Origin: Camelus dromedarius
Taxonomy: Eukaryota
Direction: 5' to 3'
Length of the DNA stretch: 64,000 bases
Assembly (NCBI RefSeq): GCF_036321535.1
Contig: NC_087437.1
Coordinates: 5,084,001-5,148,000, forward strand
Shown piece by piece: positions 12,322-24,686 of the stretch. Under the pieces are notes generated by a model. The model searched no databases. It was not told the DNA's origin and was given only the letters and a program-made list of their open reading frames with translations. Numbering within the stretch: position 1 is the first letter of the stretch; each line of letters opens with the position of its first letter. A program made the translations under genes and the position numbers.

Positions 12322-12440
12322 CCACCCTGTGACTCTCCTTTGTCCAGCAAAACAATAAAGCTGCTCTTTTCTTTCCTCCCAAAACTGTCTCCGAGTTTGA
12401 ATTTGCTTTTCGGGGCGCAGAGTCCGATTTTCCAGCAACA
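12322..12440 (+). mobile_element. ERV1-class LTR 3' fragment (R/U5)
   Basis: AATAAAGCTGCTCTTTTCT...TGTCTCCGAGTTTGAATTTG...CAGCAACA terminus. Confidence 0.6.
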
Positions 12441-14454
12441 CACTCTCGTGGGATTGCCATCTTTGATGTTTCCCTCTGTGACACTGGGCCTCCGGGCGGT
12501 GAGGTGAGAGGCTGCTGTACATTTTTTTTTTTTTTTGACCAATCAAATGTGTCCAAAGAGGGCAGGTGATGTCTGGGCAGAGGAGATAAATTTCATCCAC
12601 TTCTGCCTCCTGGAAACTTTTCTTACCTGGCATGCTCCTTCCATCATGGCTCACAGACAGACTTGACGGAGGAGAGCCCAAGCATATGAGGCTCTGTCCA
12701 AACATTAACTCCTGCAAACATCAGAACAACCCACTGGGCAGACGGAAAACTGCAGCTCAGAGAGGCCATTGGCTCATCCCACCAGTGGGACACAGCTTGG
12801 TCTGGCAGTAAGTCACTCAGCTGTGGGGGGTCAATCCCTGCTCCCTGCTTCCCAGCTGGGGAACCTCAGGAGTGTTACTCAACCTCCTTGGGCTGCTGCT
12901 TCCTCCTCATCCTCCTAGGGTTGGGGTGAATTTAATTGGGGAGTTGCCATGAAGGGATCCGTGTCCGAATTAGCTCTGCTCTCCACCACGCTGTGGGTTC
13001 CAAGACAACAGCTGTCCCAGAGGAGCCTAAACAACGATTTATGCAACGAAGAGGCTGTGACTTCTGGGAGGCAGCGGGCATCCCTGAGTTATTATGCACA
13101 AAGGCTTTTGGTCCTTGGCTGATGGAGGAAGAGGGATGAGTTTCTCTGGGAGGGGTTGGAGGAAGGGTTGGAGATGGACTAGAGAGATGCAGCCAGGGCA
13201 GGGGGGAGCTATCTGCCCTTCCCCCACCCCGCCACGAGTTGTAGAACCCAGAGGGGAACCAGCCACATAGCTCTGTGCTCATGGGGGGAGGGATGTGCGA
13301 GTCAAAGAGCATCTTCCTTCCTCCCTGCTCTTCTCTGCTGGCCCAGCAGCCTCAAAACATCCGGAACATGTCCAGAGCCAAGGTCCTCACATCCAGACGA
13401 CAGACTGACCCTCCCACCCGCCAGCCCCACCCCGGTGTGAAAGTGCAGTCGGTGCAGACAATCGCTGTCTCTTCAGGGGCAAAACAAGCCTCCCGCTGAT
13501 CACGGAGGCTGACTGCCTGCCAAACAGGGGGCGTGCTTCTGGTCAGTCCTGACAAGGTCCTGGGCCAGCAGGTCCGGCTTGGTTCTCCTCTCCCTGTTTC
13601 TTTTGCTCTCCAAGTGTGGAAGGGAAGCATTCCATATCTGAGTGCCCATATCTGGACAGGGTATCAGACCCGACCAGCCGAAGGAGGCCATTTTAAAGAT
13701 TATCCACTGTGGCTAGAAGGAACCTGACAAGCCCCTGGTCCTAAAAATTGAGGTGCAGCGCCAATGAGGGGTTGAGGGCAGAGATGGAGCTCATGCAGTT
13801 GGCTGGCCCCCCCAAGGGCAGTCTTTATATTTCCTAGACATGTCATTTCTCTTTGGATGTCCTCATTTTAAAATGTTTAAATCAATTTCAGGACTGTGTT
13901 CAAATATGTGGGGAGGTCTGGGGGAAGCTGCTTTTGTGTGTGAACTTGAGGTACAGCCATGGGGGTCCTGACCCGTCTTCTGATGAAAGGGGGCCCCTCG
14001 CTCTTCTGCCTGGAGACGGCCAGGCCCAGCCCGGTGAGCAGGCATTTTTTCCATCTTCCTTGGTGTGAAACTCGGGGCTTTGTTTTGTCTCCTTTGGATC
14101 TTGGTAAAACAACCTGCAAAGGAAAGATTCATGGAAAAACTCTGCTTCCAACGGCCAGGAAAATATTTTGCCCTTTTCAAGCAGGAAAACAAGGAGGCAG
14201 TTCAGCTGAGGGGCCTGGAGAAAAGAGAAAGTTCATGTTACCTGGGTTCATGCACGGCCCGCTCTGCCCTTTTCACCAGACTCGTCCTGGGCAGGACTTT
14301 ATGTTCCTTCTTTAACGGTCTCTTGTTTGACAACCTAAAGTAGGTCAAATCCATCTACAAGTGACCTCTGTCCCTTAACTGCTCTGTGCAGGCCCCGGGC
14401 AGGCTGGTCTCCTAACACAGCCCACTTGATCTGCAGGGCAACCCCCCTGTGAAG

Positions 14455-14570
14455 AGCCCACTTTACAGATAAGGAAACTGAGGCTCAGGGCATCAGTGGG
14501 CCCGTTCAAGGTTACACAGCCATCAACGGATGGAGCTAGAGTCCAAATCCAGGCCATCCTACCATGGGCT
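14455..14570 (-). mobile_element. MIR SINE
   Basis: CCCACTTTACAGATAAGGAAACTGAGGCTCAG...AAGGTTACACAGC. Confidence 0.8.
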
Positions 14571-15519
14571 CTTTTATAACATGGTAGGTGGCAGACCCTG
14601 GCGCAGTGCCTGGCACGCCACAGTGCTCAGACGTATGAGAAAACAAAGGAAGGCCTCCTCAGGCTCAGATGCCCTGGGATGGCCTTATTCTATTACCTTC
14701 ACTTCCCACCAGTCTTCTCAGAATGCCTCGGGTTCCTCACCAGCAGAACTGGCATGAAAATGCCTGTTCCTGCCTGTGAATCCGGCTGGTGATCTCTGGG
14801 GTAGGGGTGGGGCCCAAAGGGGAGCCAGGACAGCTTACCAGCCGGCAGAGCGAGACCACTCAGCTGTCTGACCTCACACGTGCCGGACACCCAGCATCTC
14901 TGGGCCCACCCGGGAGGCGAGAGTGGTCCCTCCACCTTGGCCTTCTGTACACTCAATGAGATGTTGTTTTGAAGCCCCTGGCGCATGGCGGTGTTTGTGA
15001 ACTGTTTTGTTTTTGTTTGGTCCACTTCAGAGACTTTACTCCGGGAGCCTCACGCCTGGGAGGGGATGGAGGCAGCGTAGAGACGTTTAGTTTGGATGTG
15101 CATTTATCTGGGAGTCGGTCCACACACAGCATTCATTCGGCTCTCAAAAAGGGTTCATGACCCCAGAAGCATTTAAGAACCACAGCAGTCCAATTTGGTT
15201 TTTGACCTGTGGTTAGAAACCACTGAGCTAAGAATATATTAAGTGTCTGCATGTTCCTGGAATCATGCTACTCAAACAAATGGAACAGGATGCTTCTTTG
15301 CCTTTCAGAAGCTCACAGTAGAAACATGGACAGACTTGGAATTGAGAGATGCAATGGCTGAGTTAGGTACACATGTGGATAAATATCAGAAATGATGGGG
15401 TTGGGGGAGCACTGAAAAAATTGTTCAGTATTCACCAGAGGTATAAAAGCAATAGAGATCCATTTTTTGGTTCAATTTCAACTTTTCTTTCAAGAGTGTA
15501 TCTACCAGCCAGCTATTAG

Positions 15520-15695
15520 TCAGCCAGCTCTGACTACGTGCCAGGTGGTGTTTGTCTGTTCTCAATGCTTGATCCTGTTTAATCCCTAAAACCACCCTGT
15601 GGAGCAGATGCAGGTACAAGCTGTATTTTACATGTGAGGAAACTGCCTCGGCCATGCGAGGTAACTTGTCCCAGATGACACAGCTAGTCAGTGGT
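15520..15695 (-). mobile_element. MIR SINE
   Basis: TTTTACATGTGAGGAAACTG...GTAACTTGTCCCAGATGACACAGCTAGTCAGTGG. Confidence 0.7.
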
Positions 15696-15769
15696 GGTAC
15701 TCAAAATCATGAGGGGTCTGGGACCTTTGAAGACGTCCTCGTTCCTTTGGCATCTTCTCCAGCCCAGAG

Positions 15770-16200
15770 TATTGAGTGATTCAGTTAGGATGCTTTGGGC
15801 TAAAACTAACAGAAGCTCCCAGCTTGGGCTTAAACAACAGAGAAGCTTTACTTTGTCATATAATAAAGACACCAGAGGGTGAGTGGGCTCCAGGCTGGCC
15901 CCATTTCTCGGTGACGCCCTCGGTCCTGTCCATCTCCCAGTGCGGGCGTGAACCACAGGGGTGATAAGATGTCTGACCAAGATTCTGTTTATTGGGTCAG
16001 ACTTAGCCATGTCCAGCAGAGGAGTTGGGGATGGGGTCTTCTTGGGTCTGCTTCTTAGGAACAAAGAGACAGCTCTCGGAAGCCACAGGCAAGTTCCCCT
16101 CATGTCTTGTTGGCCAGGACACAGACACACACCCTCCTAAACCAGGAAGTGCCAAGGGGAATGGGAGAGCCACTGCGGGCTTACTAACCACCATGCTGGG
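15770..16200 (-). mobile_element. Old MaLR LTR (MLT1K/L-like)
   Basis: CAGTTAGGATGCTTTGGGCT...GGCTTAAACAA...CTCATGTCTTGTTGGCCAGGAC...CCAAGGGGAATGGGA. Confidence 0.55.
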
Positions 16201-17081
16201 GAGTCACCTCTGCAAGGGGGGATCTTTGGGGGGCTTGGCAGCTCCTTGGTCTTTCCTGAATTGTGCCTCAGTTTCTTTGTTTGTATGACAGATAGGGCGT
16301 TTACCTTGCTCCCTATTCTGAGAATTGAATGAGTTGGTATTTGTGGCCATGAGGAAATTGAACAGTTGGGGAGCCCGCCTGATCCTCCCCTGTGCTAAGG
16401 AGGGCATGTGACCCGGGATAAACCAGTTAGACCCTTTTTGGGGAAATCTGAATCTTCAACAGACAGGGGGAAAACTCTTGCAAATGGCAGGAGTGGATTC
16501 ATCCTGAGGGAGGCAGGCTGAAGAAATCAGCCCCCAGTTCTTTCTCCAGAGACCCCCCCTCACCCCTCTCTGTTCTGGGGGCCTCCCAGTGGCCTTTGTC
16601 TGTGGTTGGGTTTCCTTGACACAGAGCCCAGGGGGGCACTTATGGCATGGCCGCTGTCAGGAGAAAGCCACAGGGGAGAGAGGGAAGCCTTGGAGGGCAG
16701 GGAAAGAGCCGAGGGGAGACGGTGCCTCAGGGGAGACGGTGCCTCAGCGGAGCCGGGCTCAGCCTGGGCTGCCGTGTGGACTGCGCTCCGGGCTAGTCCC
16801 TCCACGGGCAAGCTGGGCGGCCTTTCTGACCCCCAGGTTGGGCCATCAGTGGCTGCTGGCTGCTGGGGTGGAGGGGACGCCCCAGGGGAGGAGGCTCCTG
16901 TTGGCAGACGAGGAAGGGGCAGCTGTGCTGTTTGTCACCAACATTCACAGTGGCTGGTGGGTCAGCGCGCCCAAGATAAAGAGGATGTGGGGAGGGCACA
17001 GCGCATCTATCACGGGTCCTGCGTCTCCTTTCCTGCGCCCTGCAGCCAGAGCTCTGCCGCGGGTGGTCAAAGTGCCCTGCA

Positions 17082-17250
17082 CTCCTCCTCCTGCTGGGAC
17101 CGCTACTGATGCTGCCGCCGCTGCTACGACTGCTTGTGCTGCTGCTGCCGCCGCTACTACCCCTACTCCTACTGGCATTATTACTGCCACTGCTCCTACC
17201 ACTGCTACCACCGATACTGCTACTACTGCTGGTCCTCCTCCTCCTGCTGT
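17082..17250. repeat. Compound imperfect trinucleotide tract (GCT/GCC/ACT/CCT)
   Basis: In-register 3-mer run, e.g. GCTGCTGCTGCCGCCGCTACTACCCCTACTCCTACT. Confidence 0.85.
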
Positions 17251-19842
17251 CGTTAGACGCTACCCCCACATCTGCTCTGAAGGTACATGGCTCCTAAAGA
17301 GTAAGGGGTGAAGAACCTGCCGTCAGTCTTATGTAATCAGCTCAGTATCAGATTTTTGCACAGAGGAACACTGTCGAGGAAGCATGAACCCCTTGGAGCT
17401 GGCGTCTCAAAGTGCTGCCGATGTCTAGTCAGGAAAGGAAACGGAAGTGGGGGAGAAGCTGCGGGCACTCTGGCTCCAAAACCTGCTCTCTCAAGCCCCC
17501 TCCCACCACTGACACACTCAAAGGGTAGAATCTACACTTTGAATTGGGGAGCTGACCTGCTTGGATTCTCAGCGTTACCCTGGACCCCGTGTCCACAGAA
17601 GGAAAGGAGTTGGAATACAAATATTATTTTATTGCTGCATCAAGGACATCATCTATTTGGCAAATATGTTACTTTTATGAGCAGAGATAGCATTTTACCC
17701 TGTCTGTGGAAGTATACCCTCCTTTTCCGTTCAAACGCACCTGACACGCCAGGCCCTCTGCTAACCGCATTCCAAGATGCGTAGTTGATGAACGTACAGA
17801 CCAGAAAAGGAAATGTGACCATAAATATACGTATCTCACCCAACTAAAAGAAGAATGCAGCCCATGTGTGACATTAGAGGGGTACAGACAGAAAGCCCGC
17901 CGAGGTTCAGAGGGGGTTCAGCAGACTTCCAGCGGGGGGCTCAGAGAAGGCACGGGGCACTGGCGACATGGCTCTGTGCCTTAGCCAGTGGGTGGACTTC
18001 AGACAGTCAGAGATGGGTCATTCATGCTGGGGAGAACAGCTGAGCAGAGATGTGAGGCAGGACATCCCGAATGTGTTTGGGAGCCTAGAGTTGCTTGGCT
18101 CAGCCAGTGACCCTCTGAATAAAGGGGGGCTTGCTCATCCATTTTGGTCCAGCTGAGACAAACCCACGACCACTTGCCTACTGTACACCATGATGGAGGA
18201 CTAGTATGATCTTGTGCAGGGCCAGGCAGAGAAGGGCGCAGGGGACTGGAATCTAGGGAGAGTGGGGGGTGGAAGGGTCTTTAGGCCTTTCCTGGGGAGG
18301 TAATGTCTTTGGCCTGTGGTGCAAAAAGGCTTTTAATAGGAAATAAAACCCACTGCAAAGCTGAGAGCTGGGGAGGAAGCTGGGTGTTGGAGGCCAAGGA
18401 GCACAAGCTGGTGTCTGGTCAACTCTCCCCTGGGCCATCCACGGGGGATCCGCAGAACCAAATTCTAATTCATTCAGTGAATGAGAACTCTGTGCTGCAG
18501 ACCCACAGAGTACTTCCTTCCTGAAGCAGCCCTGCCGACCATCCAGCCTGACCTCTGCGTCTGATGGGGTGTCCGCCGGCTTTTCATTTTCTGCTGCTTC
18601 AGCTGCAAACGTGACTCTGAGAACTGAGGCATGCTCCTCCGCCTCTCGGAATCTCAGTTCTCACTTGTCACACAGGGCTACCAACAGGATCGAGGCCATT
18701 GAATTGTGAGGATGAAACGGGTACATAGAGGATGCTTGGCACGTGTTGATCTGTTTGTTTATCAGCCCCATACTCAAGTGGGGCAGCTGAAACCAGGTGG
18801 TCAAGAGCAGGTCGTCAGAGGGATGAGATGCCTCTCCCCGGGACTGAGGCATCCCGAGAGCCACAGAAACAGCCAGCCTGACACCTGATGCTGGAGAGCA
18901 GAAGTCTGTCCCCGATCGGAGGCACTTCATCCACCCCAGAGACGTCACACAGAAGCCCCGTCTTGAATCAGGGACGGGGACTGATATGTGCACAGGTAGG
19001 GGAAAAAAGCGTAGAGTCTTGTCCTTTCTCAGCACATCCACAACACCCTTCCCCTTGGCAGCAGCAGCTCGGCAACCATGAGACGACATGGATGGGCTTT
19101 CTTGACAGACTCTCTTGCAAAGAGAAAAAAAAAAAATCTCTTTTTAGAGGAGAGATGATACAAGCATAGACGTGGAAACATCTGAAGCGGAAAGGCCTTG
19201 AGTATGAAAGGATCCAGGTTTCCAGATGATATCCGTGGGGCTGGGGGACCGACCGACGGAGGATGAATGTGCTGTCAGAGGAGGTTTGTCTGTTTGTGCA
19301 GCTACAGAGAGGAACGCACTGACCTTACTAATGGAAGCAGAGAGGAAGCAAGAAGGGAGGGGGGTCCCAGTGAGGCCAGAAAATGAATGTCTTATTGACT
19401 ACGGTTGACGGAATTGCTTGCAGCCTTGGAGACTAAAATCACAGAACTGTGTGAGCCTCACTTTCCTGGGGGCTGGATACTGACCTACTTCTGTGGTCCT
19501 TCCTCCTCCTGAGATATCGTCTCACTCTTGAGCTGACATGTTCCTTTCCACGGCCCTCCAGGAACGGGGACATAGGGCACAGATGCTCGATAAATAAGAG
19601 GCAGCCTTACTCTCTGCACATCTTCACTCTCTGTTAGTATTAGGAATTGGCATTTGAATTTTGCATTCTCTCCTCTGGTCCCAGTCCATCTTCTCAAAGG
19701 AGAGGCGTATAACAAGGGGGCCATACCTCCAGGCGTGCAGTCTTGCTTTGTGCTGGTTATCTGAGTATATCTACTAACAATGTCCCTTCCCCTTTTCACT
19801 CCCACAGGTGTCTTAGTTTGGGGTTGTAACTTACCCCATCAC

Positions 19843-20290
19843 TTGTCTTAGCTTGGTTTGTCTCAGAAGCAGGCACTGAGACAAAGATTCAAGGTCGTGC
19901 AGTATATTTAGAAAGTGCAGGGAACACCTGCTAGGAAACAAGAGAAGACAAGGAAAAGGATGCAGCCAATCAAAGAAGTGTCCTGTGAACAGCTGCCACA
20001 GTGCGCTCCTCGAGCATAATCTTGGGAGGAAACTCTGAGAAATGTTGTGAAATCTATTCTGAATGCACCACCCCAAGGGCAAGGCAAGAGAACCGGGGTA
20101 TTTATACGTCAACTCCTAAGTCAAAGGGCTACTCCCGGCAGCTGTTAATTCCTTGCTACTTCTGACTCTTCTCATGGACAGAGTGGAAACAATTCCTCAG
20201 CATCAGATACACAGATTCCACACTGGAAAGTCACAGGAGGCCACTGGAAAGTTCGAGGGATACGGGTGGCCATCAGTAGCACTCAACTCA
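19843..20290 (-). mobile_element. ERVL-class LTR (LTR16/LTR33-like)
   Basis: CTCAGAAGCAGGCACTGAGACAAAGATTCAAG...GCAGCCAATCAAAG...GGGGTATTTATAC. Confidence 0.55.
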
Positions 20291-21869
20291 CCTCCAACTT
20301 CTCTCCATTCCTCAGCTGGCATCTTGCCATATCCAAGTTCATTCCCCAGTTACTTCCTTCTCCTCAAATTCAAACCCCATAGACTTTCTCATCAACCCTT
20401 GCACTGGCTTCCCTGTTCTTTTCACTGCTGCTCAGCCTCTCTCTCTTCAAACTCTTCGCTTACCTGGCTTTTGTGACCCTGCTTTGTCTTAATTCCTTGA
20501 TACTCATATTATCTTTGACGTCTCGGGAGCGTTTATCCAAGACTCCCTTCTCTTCTTTCCCTTGAGGATTTTCTGCATCCATAACTTCAACTGTTACCTC
20601 CATGTAGATGGCGCCTAAATTAATGGTAGTCTCTCAAATTCATGAACCGCTTTGAACTGTGCAAAAGCCCCTTCTCATTGGAGTCTCTTCAACTCTGAGT
20701 GTACATTAGATGGAATGTATATAGTTGCATCAGTCACAGTTACTCTCTGGAGGCCCACCTCCACATCCTGGTGGCCAGCGCAGGGTCTCCATGGATATAT
20801 TCTGCTGTAGTCTCAAATCAGACTGCTCAGAGCTTGGTGTCCTTTTATCTTGGTGTTCTTTTATCTGATCCTCGGTTCTAGAAACACTGGTTTCTTCACT
20901 GGCCCCAGAGAAGCCTTGTGTCTCCCCAATCCCAGTGTAGCTTCAGCCTAAGAGAAGGCTGCTTCCCGTCCTCTCTGCCTGTTTCCAGAGTCAAGGCCAT
21001 GCTTGCAAATGATATTATCCCCATGTGACCACTGTTGGGTTGAGGAGGAAATGATTGACTCAATGCGACTCTAACTTGCAGGGAAGGCAGGGGTCTGCTG
21101 AGCTTTGGAGACAATCAGAACCATGTTCCTTGTCACCTGTACCCTCTAACCCACCTCTGATCTCAACTGCCTTTTCTCAGCCCAGTCTTCTCCGCAGAGC
21201 AGGACCCACGGCCACCAGCATCTCCTCCTCACATCTCATGCAAGCAAGGCTGGGGTCTTCTCTTAGTTCTGGATTTTTCTTTAAGAATTCTCCTTGGCAT
21301 TGGGGTCCCATGCCCACTGCAGTGGCCAACCTGCAGGATGCCATCACTGACAGCCTCATCTAGAATCAATCTCAGATTGCTAGAATAAGGGAAGGAACAA
21401 TTCTCCAAAGAAAGGGGGTTATGTTTCCAGGAGAACTGGGGAGGGGTGCTGAACAGATAAGACGCCTGGATTACATAATTTTACCCCTTTCTGAAATGCA
21501 GCTCCTACAGCTCATCTTTCTGATGTTGCCTGTGGATTCTTTCCTTCCTCCGAGTGGCCATCACACTCCTCGGATATGCTGCTTATCTGTCATCTAGTCC
21601 CTCCCTGTCTTACTTTGTCTCTCCTGTTATTAAGAGGAATTGCCACTTTAATATTTTGTTGATTTTTTAAATTGTTCACTGATGTAAATTATTTCCCCCC
21701 TTGAGGGGCTGTTCTTGGATCGTAGGACTGTGCCTTAGTTTACTCTTTATCCCAAAAGACTGAGAATTTTTATCCCAAGCCTGGGACCTTACCCAGACTG
21801 GGCTCAAAAACAGTTCGATTTGGTTCCTACTGGGCTGTCATCCACATTGAGCACATATCAACATGGGAG

Positions 21870-22040
21870 GTCTGGTGGAGAAAAAGTCAGACGCTGAGAG
21901 TCAGGGGACCTGCCTTCTGATTCTCACAAGAGCCGTGAGATGTCGGCCAAATCCTACCTCTCTTTATTTCATGGATTTTCCATCTGTGAAATGATGATAA
22001 TAAAATGTGCCCTAATTCTTAGGGTTGTTGAGCGAACACA
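21870..22040 (+). mobile_element. MIR SINE
   Basis: GAGTCAGGGGACCTG...TTTTCCATCTGTGAAATGATGATAATAA...AGGGTTGTTG. Confidence 0.65.
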
Positions 22041-22502
22041 GAGGGAGCAATAGAAAGAAACAGGCTATAGAAATGCAAGTTATGTTTGTTCATATTGATA
22101 ATTCAAAGAGAAAGCTCAGATGATACTGATATGGTATTTTTTTCAGGGACAATTTTTGCTACTGAGTTTGCGCTTACACAATTATTTCCTCCCTTGGAAT
22201 ACTCCACTGCGTCTACTGGAAGCATGAATCCGTGATTAAGCCAACCATCTAATCAACTTGTAAAAGCTTTGTGGAACTTTAAAGAAAATCTGATAGTAAA
22301 CTTTGGTTTCCAAACCTTTCTAATGAGAAAACTCATTTCTTTGGTCCCTTTGCCATCAAACTTCTAAACTGGGAAACTTAACTTTATTGCTAGGTGGAGA
22401 TTTTTTGCTTTGTTTTTTGTTTTTGGTACTTTTGACAAGTTTAAATGTTCGGTAATGAAGTATGGATGTTGTGTTACTATTTTGTTTTAGGTTGTAATTT
22501 TC

Positions 22503-23176
22503 TCTTTTTTTTAAATTGAAATATACAGTACATATATACACATAGTCATAAATACATACACATATTCGTTTTAATATTCTTTTTCATATAGGTTATTACA
22601 AGTTCCTTGTGCTATACAGTAGGTCCTTGTTGTTTATCTATTTTATATATAGTAGTTAGTATCTGCAAATCTCAAACTTCCAATTTGTCCCCTCCCACCC
22701 TTTCTCCCCACTGGTAACCATAAATTTGTTTTCTATGTCTGTGATTCTGTTTCTGTTTTATAAATAAGTTCATTTGTGTCTTTTTTAAGAGTCCACATAA
22801 AAGTAATATATGATATCTGTCTTTCTCTATCTGACTTACTTCACTTAGTTTTGATAATCTCTAGGTCCATCCATGTTGCTGCAAATGCCATTATTTCATT
22901 TTATATGGCTGAGTAATATTCCATGTGGTGTATATATACCACAACTTCTTTATCCAGTCTGTCAAGGGGCAATTAGGTTGCTTCCACATCTTGTCTATTG
23001 TAAATATGCTGCTGTGAACACTGGGGTGCATATATCTTTTCACATTGGAGATTCATCCAGATATATGCCCAGGAGTGGGATTGCTGGATCATATGGTAAC
23101 TCTATTTTTAATTTTTAAAGGAATCCCCATACTATTTTCAATGATGACTGCACCAAATTACATTCCCACCAACAGA
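22503..23176 (-). mobile_element. L1 3' end including ORF2 C-terminal remnant
   Basis: T tail, AAATTGAAATATA...CCCAGGAGTGGGATTGCTGGATCATATGGTAAC...ACATTCCCACCAACAG. Confidence 0.92.
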
Positions 23177-23751
23177 GAGCCACCACTGTTAATGTAAGTT
23201 TTCAATGCCTTGTTAAAGCCAACACTGAATTTCTGACAAAAAAAAAAAAAAATATTTCTGTGACTGGAAATCAAGTCATTTAGGAAAAGATCCTATTCCT
23301 TGTAATCCAGGAGGGTCCTTTCAGACAAAATATAGAGGTTTGGAAGGAATCTGTGGTTTTCTATTGATTCCTTTTCAAAACAAATATTTCAAGAGGTTTC
23401 TGTTTGTAACATGCTTTGTTATGAGACAACATGGCAGGTCTCCCTCAGGGAGCTAGGGCAACGGGGGCCTCTGCCAAGACTGATGGTTTGAAGCAAGGTC
23501 ACCTTGAAGCCAGGGCTAGCAGGTAGAGCGAGGCAGACTTGGGGCGGTTCTGGGGATACTGGGAACACTGGGCTGTTTCTTCCACATCCAGCTCAGCAGC
23601 CATTCAGGTCTGGGTCCTGCTTCGAGGGATGGGATCAGGCCAGGCCACAGCAACTTTGAGATAAAACCCCACGGGAAAGATGAAGGAGGTCACAATGACT
23701 GGAGGGAGGGAGGGTGGGAGAAAGAAAGGCTGGAAGAGAAATAATAAAAGG

Positions 23752-23891
23752 AAATACCTTGTAATAGCCAATAATGAAAAAAACATGAAAAAGGGATATA
23801 TATATATATATATATAGCTGAATCACTATGCTGTAAACTAGAAATTAACACGACATTGTAAACCGACTCTACTTCAATTAAAAAAAAAAAA
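23752..23891 (+). mobile_element. Short L1 3' terminus
   Basis: CTTGTAATAGCC...GCTGAATCACTATGCTGT...ACTTCAATT followed by poly(A). Confidence 0.85.
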
Positions 23892-24686
23892 GGACTCTGG
23901 CAAATGCAGCCATAGAATTTGCCAGCAAGGCTGAAACGTCTCCCTCAGGCCCTGCGGTCCCGGCCAGGCAGAGAGGGACGTCACAGTCAAGATCACGGAG
24001 TTGCCTCTGAAAGCCACTGTCTCTGCTTCTCAGTCCTGTGGACAGGTGGCAGCTATTACTCCCCTCCTGGCAAGCTCCCCGGGGAATCTGTGGCAATCCC
24101 ACACACCAAACAGAAGCCTGCATCTTGGGATTTTCTGGCAACAAGTTGCTGGAGGAGGATGTGGAGAAGGCGGCGCAGGGAGGGCTGGGCTCTGTCTGCT
24201 GAGGGGTCACCGGGAACTTGAGCTGTGGAGCTCCTGCAGGGCCTCCTTGGGTCTCAGGCTGGTGAGCACTTGATTTCTGTTTCTCCCTCTCCAGAAAGAG
24301 GATAGAGACAGAGGGGTGGGCCCAGGAAGAGGGGGGAGGTCCTGCAGGCCCACGGGGAGGGGTGTCTCCTTAGTAACCACTCTCTTGTAGCAACAGGCAG
24401 AACAGTTTTCCTGCCCAGCTATCTCCCTGAAGAGCTTGGGTGAGCATTTCCCAGGGCGTCAGGGAAAAGCTGCACTCATGATATGGTTCTGCCAATGGTT
24501 TTACAAGGTAGGCCCCCCTTGGGCTGGGAAGGGAAGGGCCTAACTCAATAATAAGCACTTGGGGGACCGCAGACTCAGGAGGAAGGGGTGGACGTCTTTC
24601 ATCAACCACCACAAAGAAGGGAAGACTTGTAGCCTCATTTGACTGCCATCTTTTCATAGTTTACAGCCTTCAGAAAACACTCAGCC

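Noticed and set aside
12148..12717. 189-aa minus-strand ORF with poly-Lys
   Set aside because: Built from T tracts, LTR and L1 fragments
16589..17311. 240-aa mucin-like or poly-Ala ORF as a gene
   Set aside because: Openness is explained by the trinucleotide tract and GC content; no homology or gene structure
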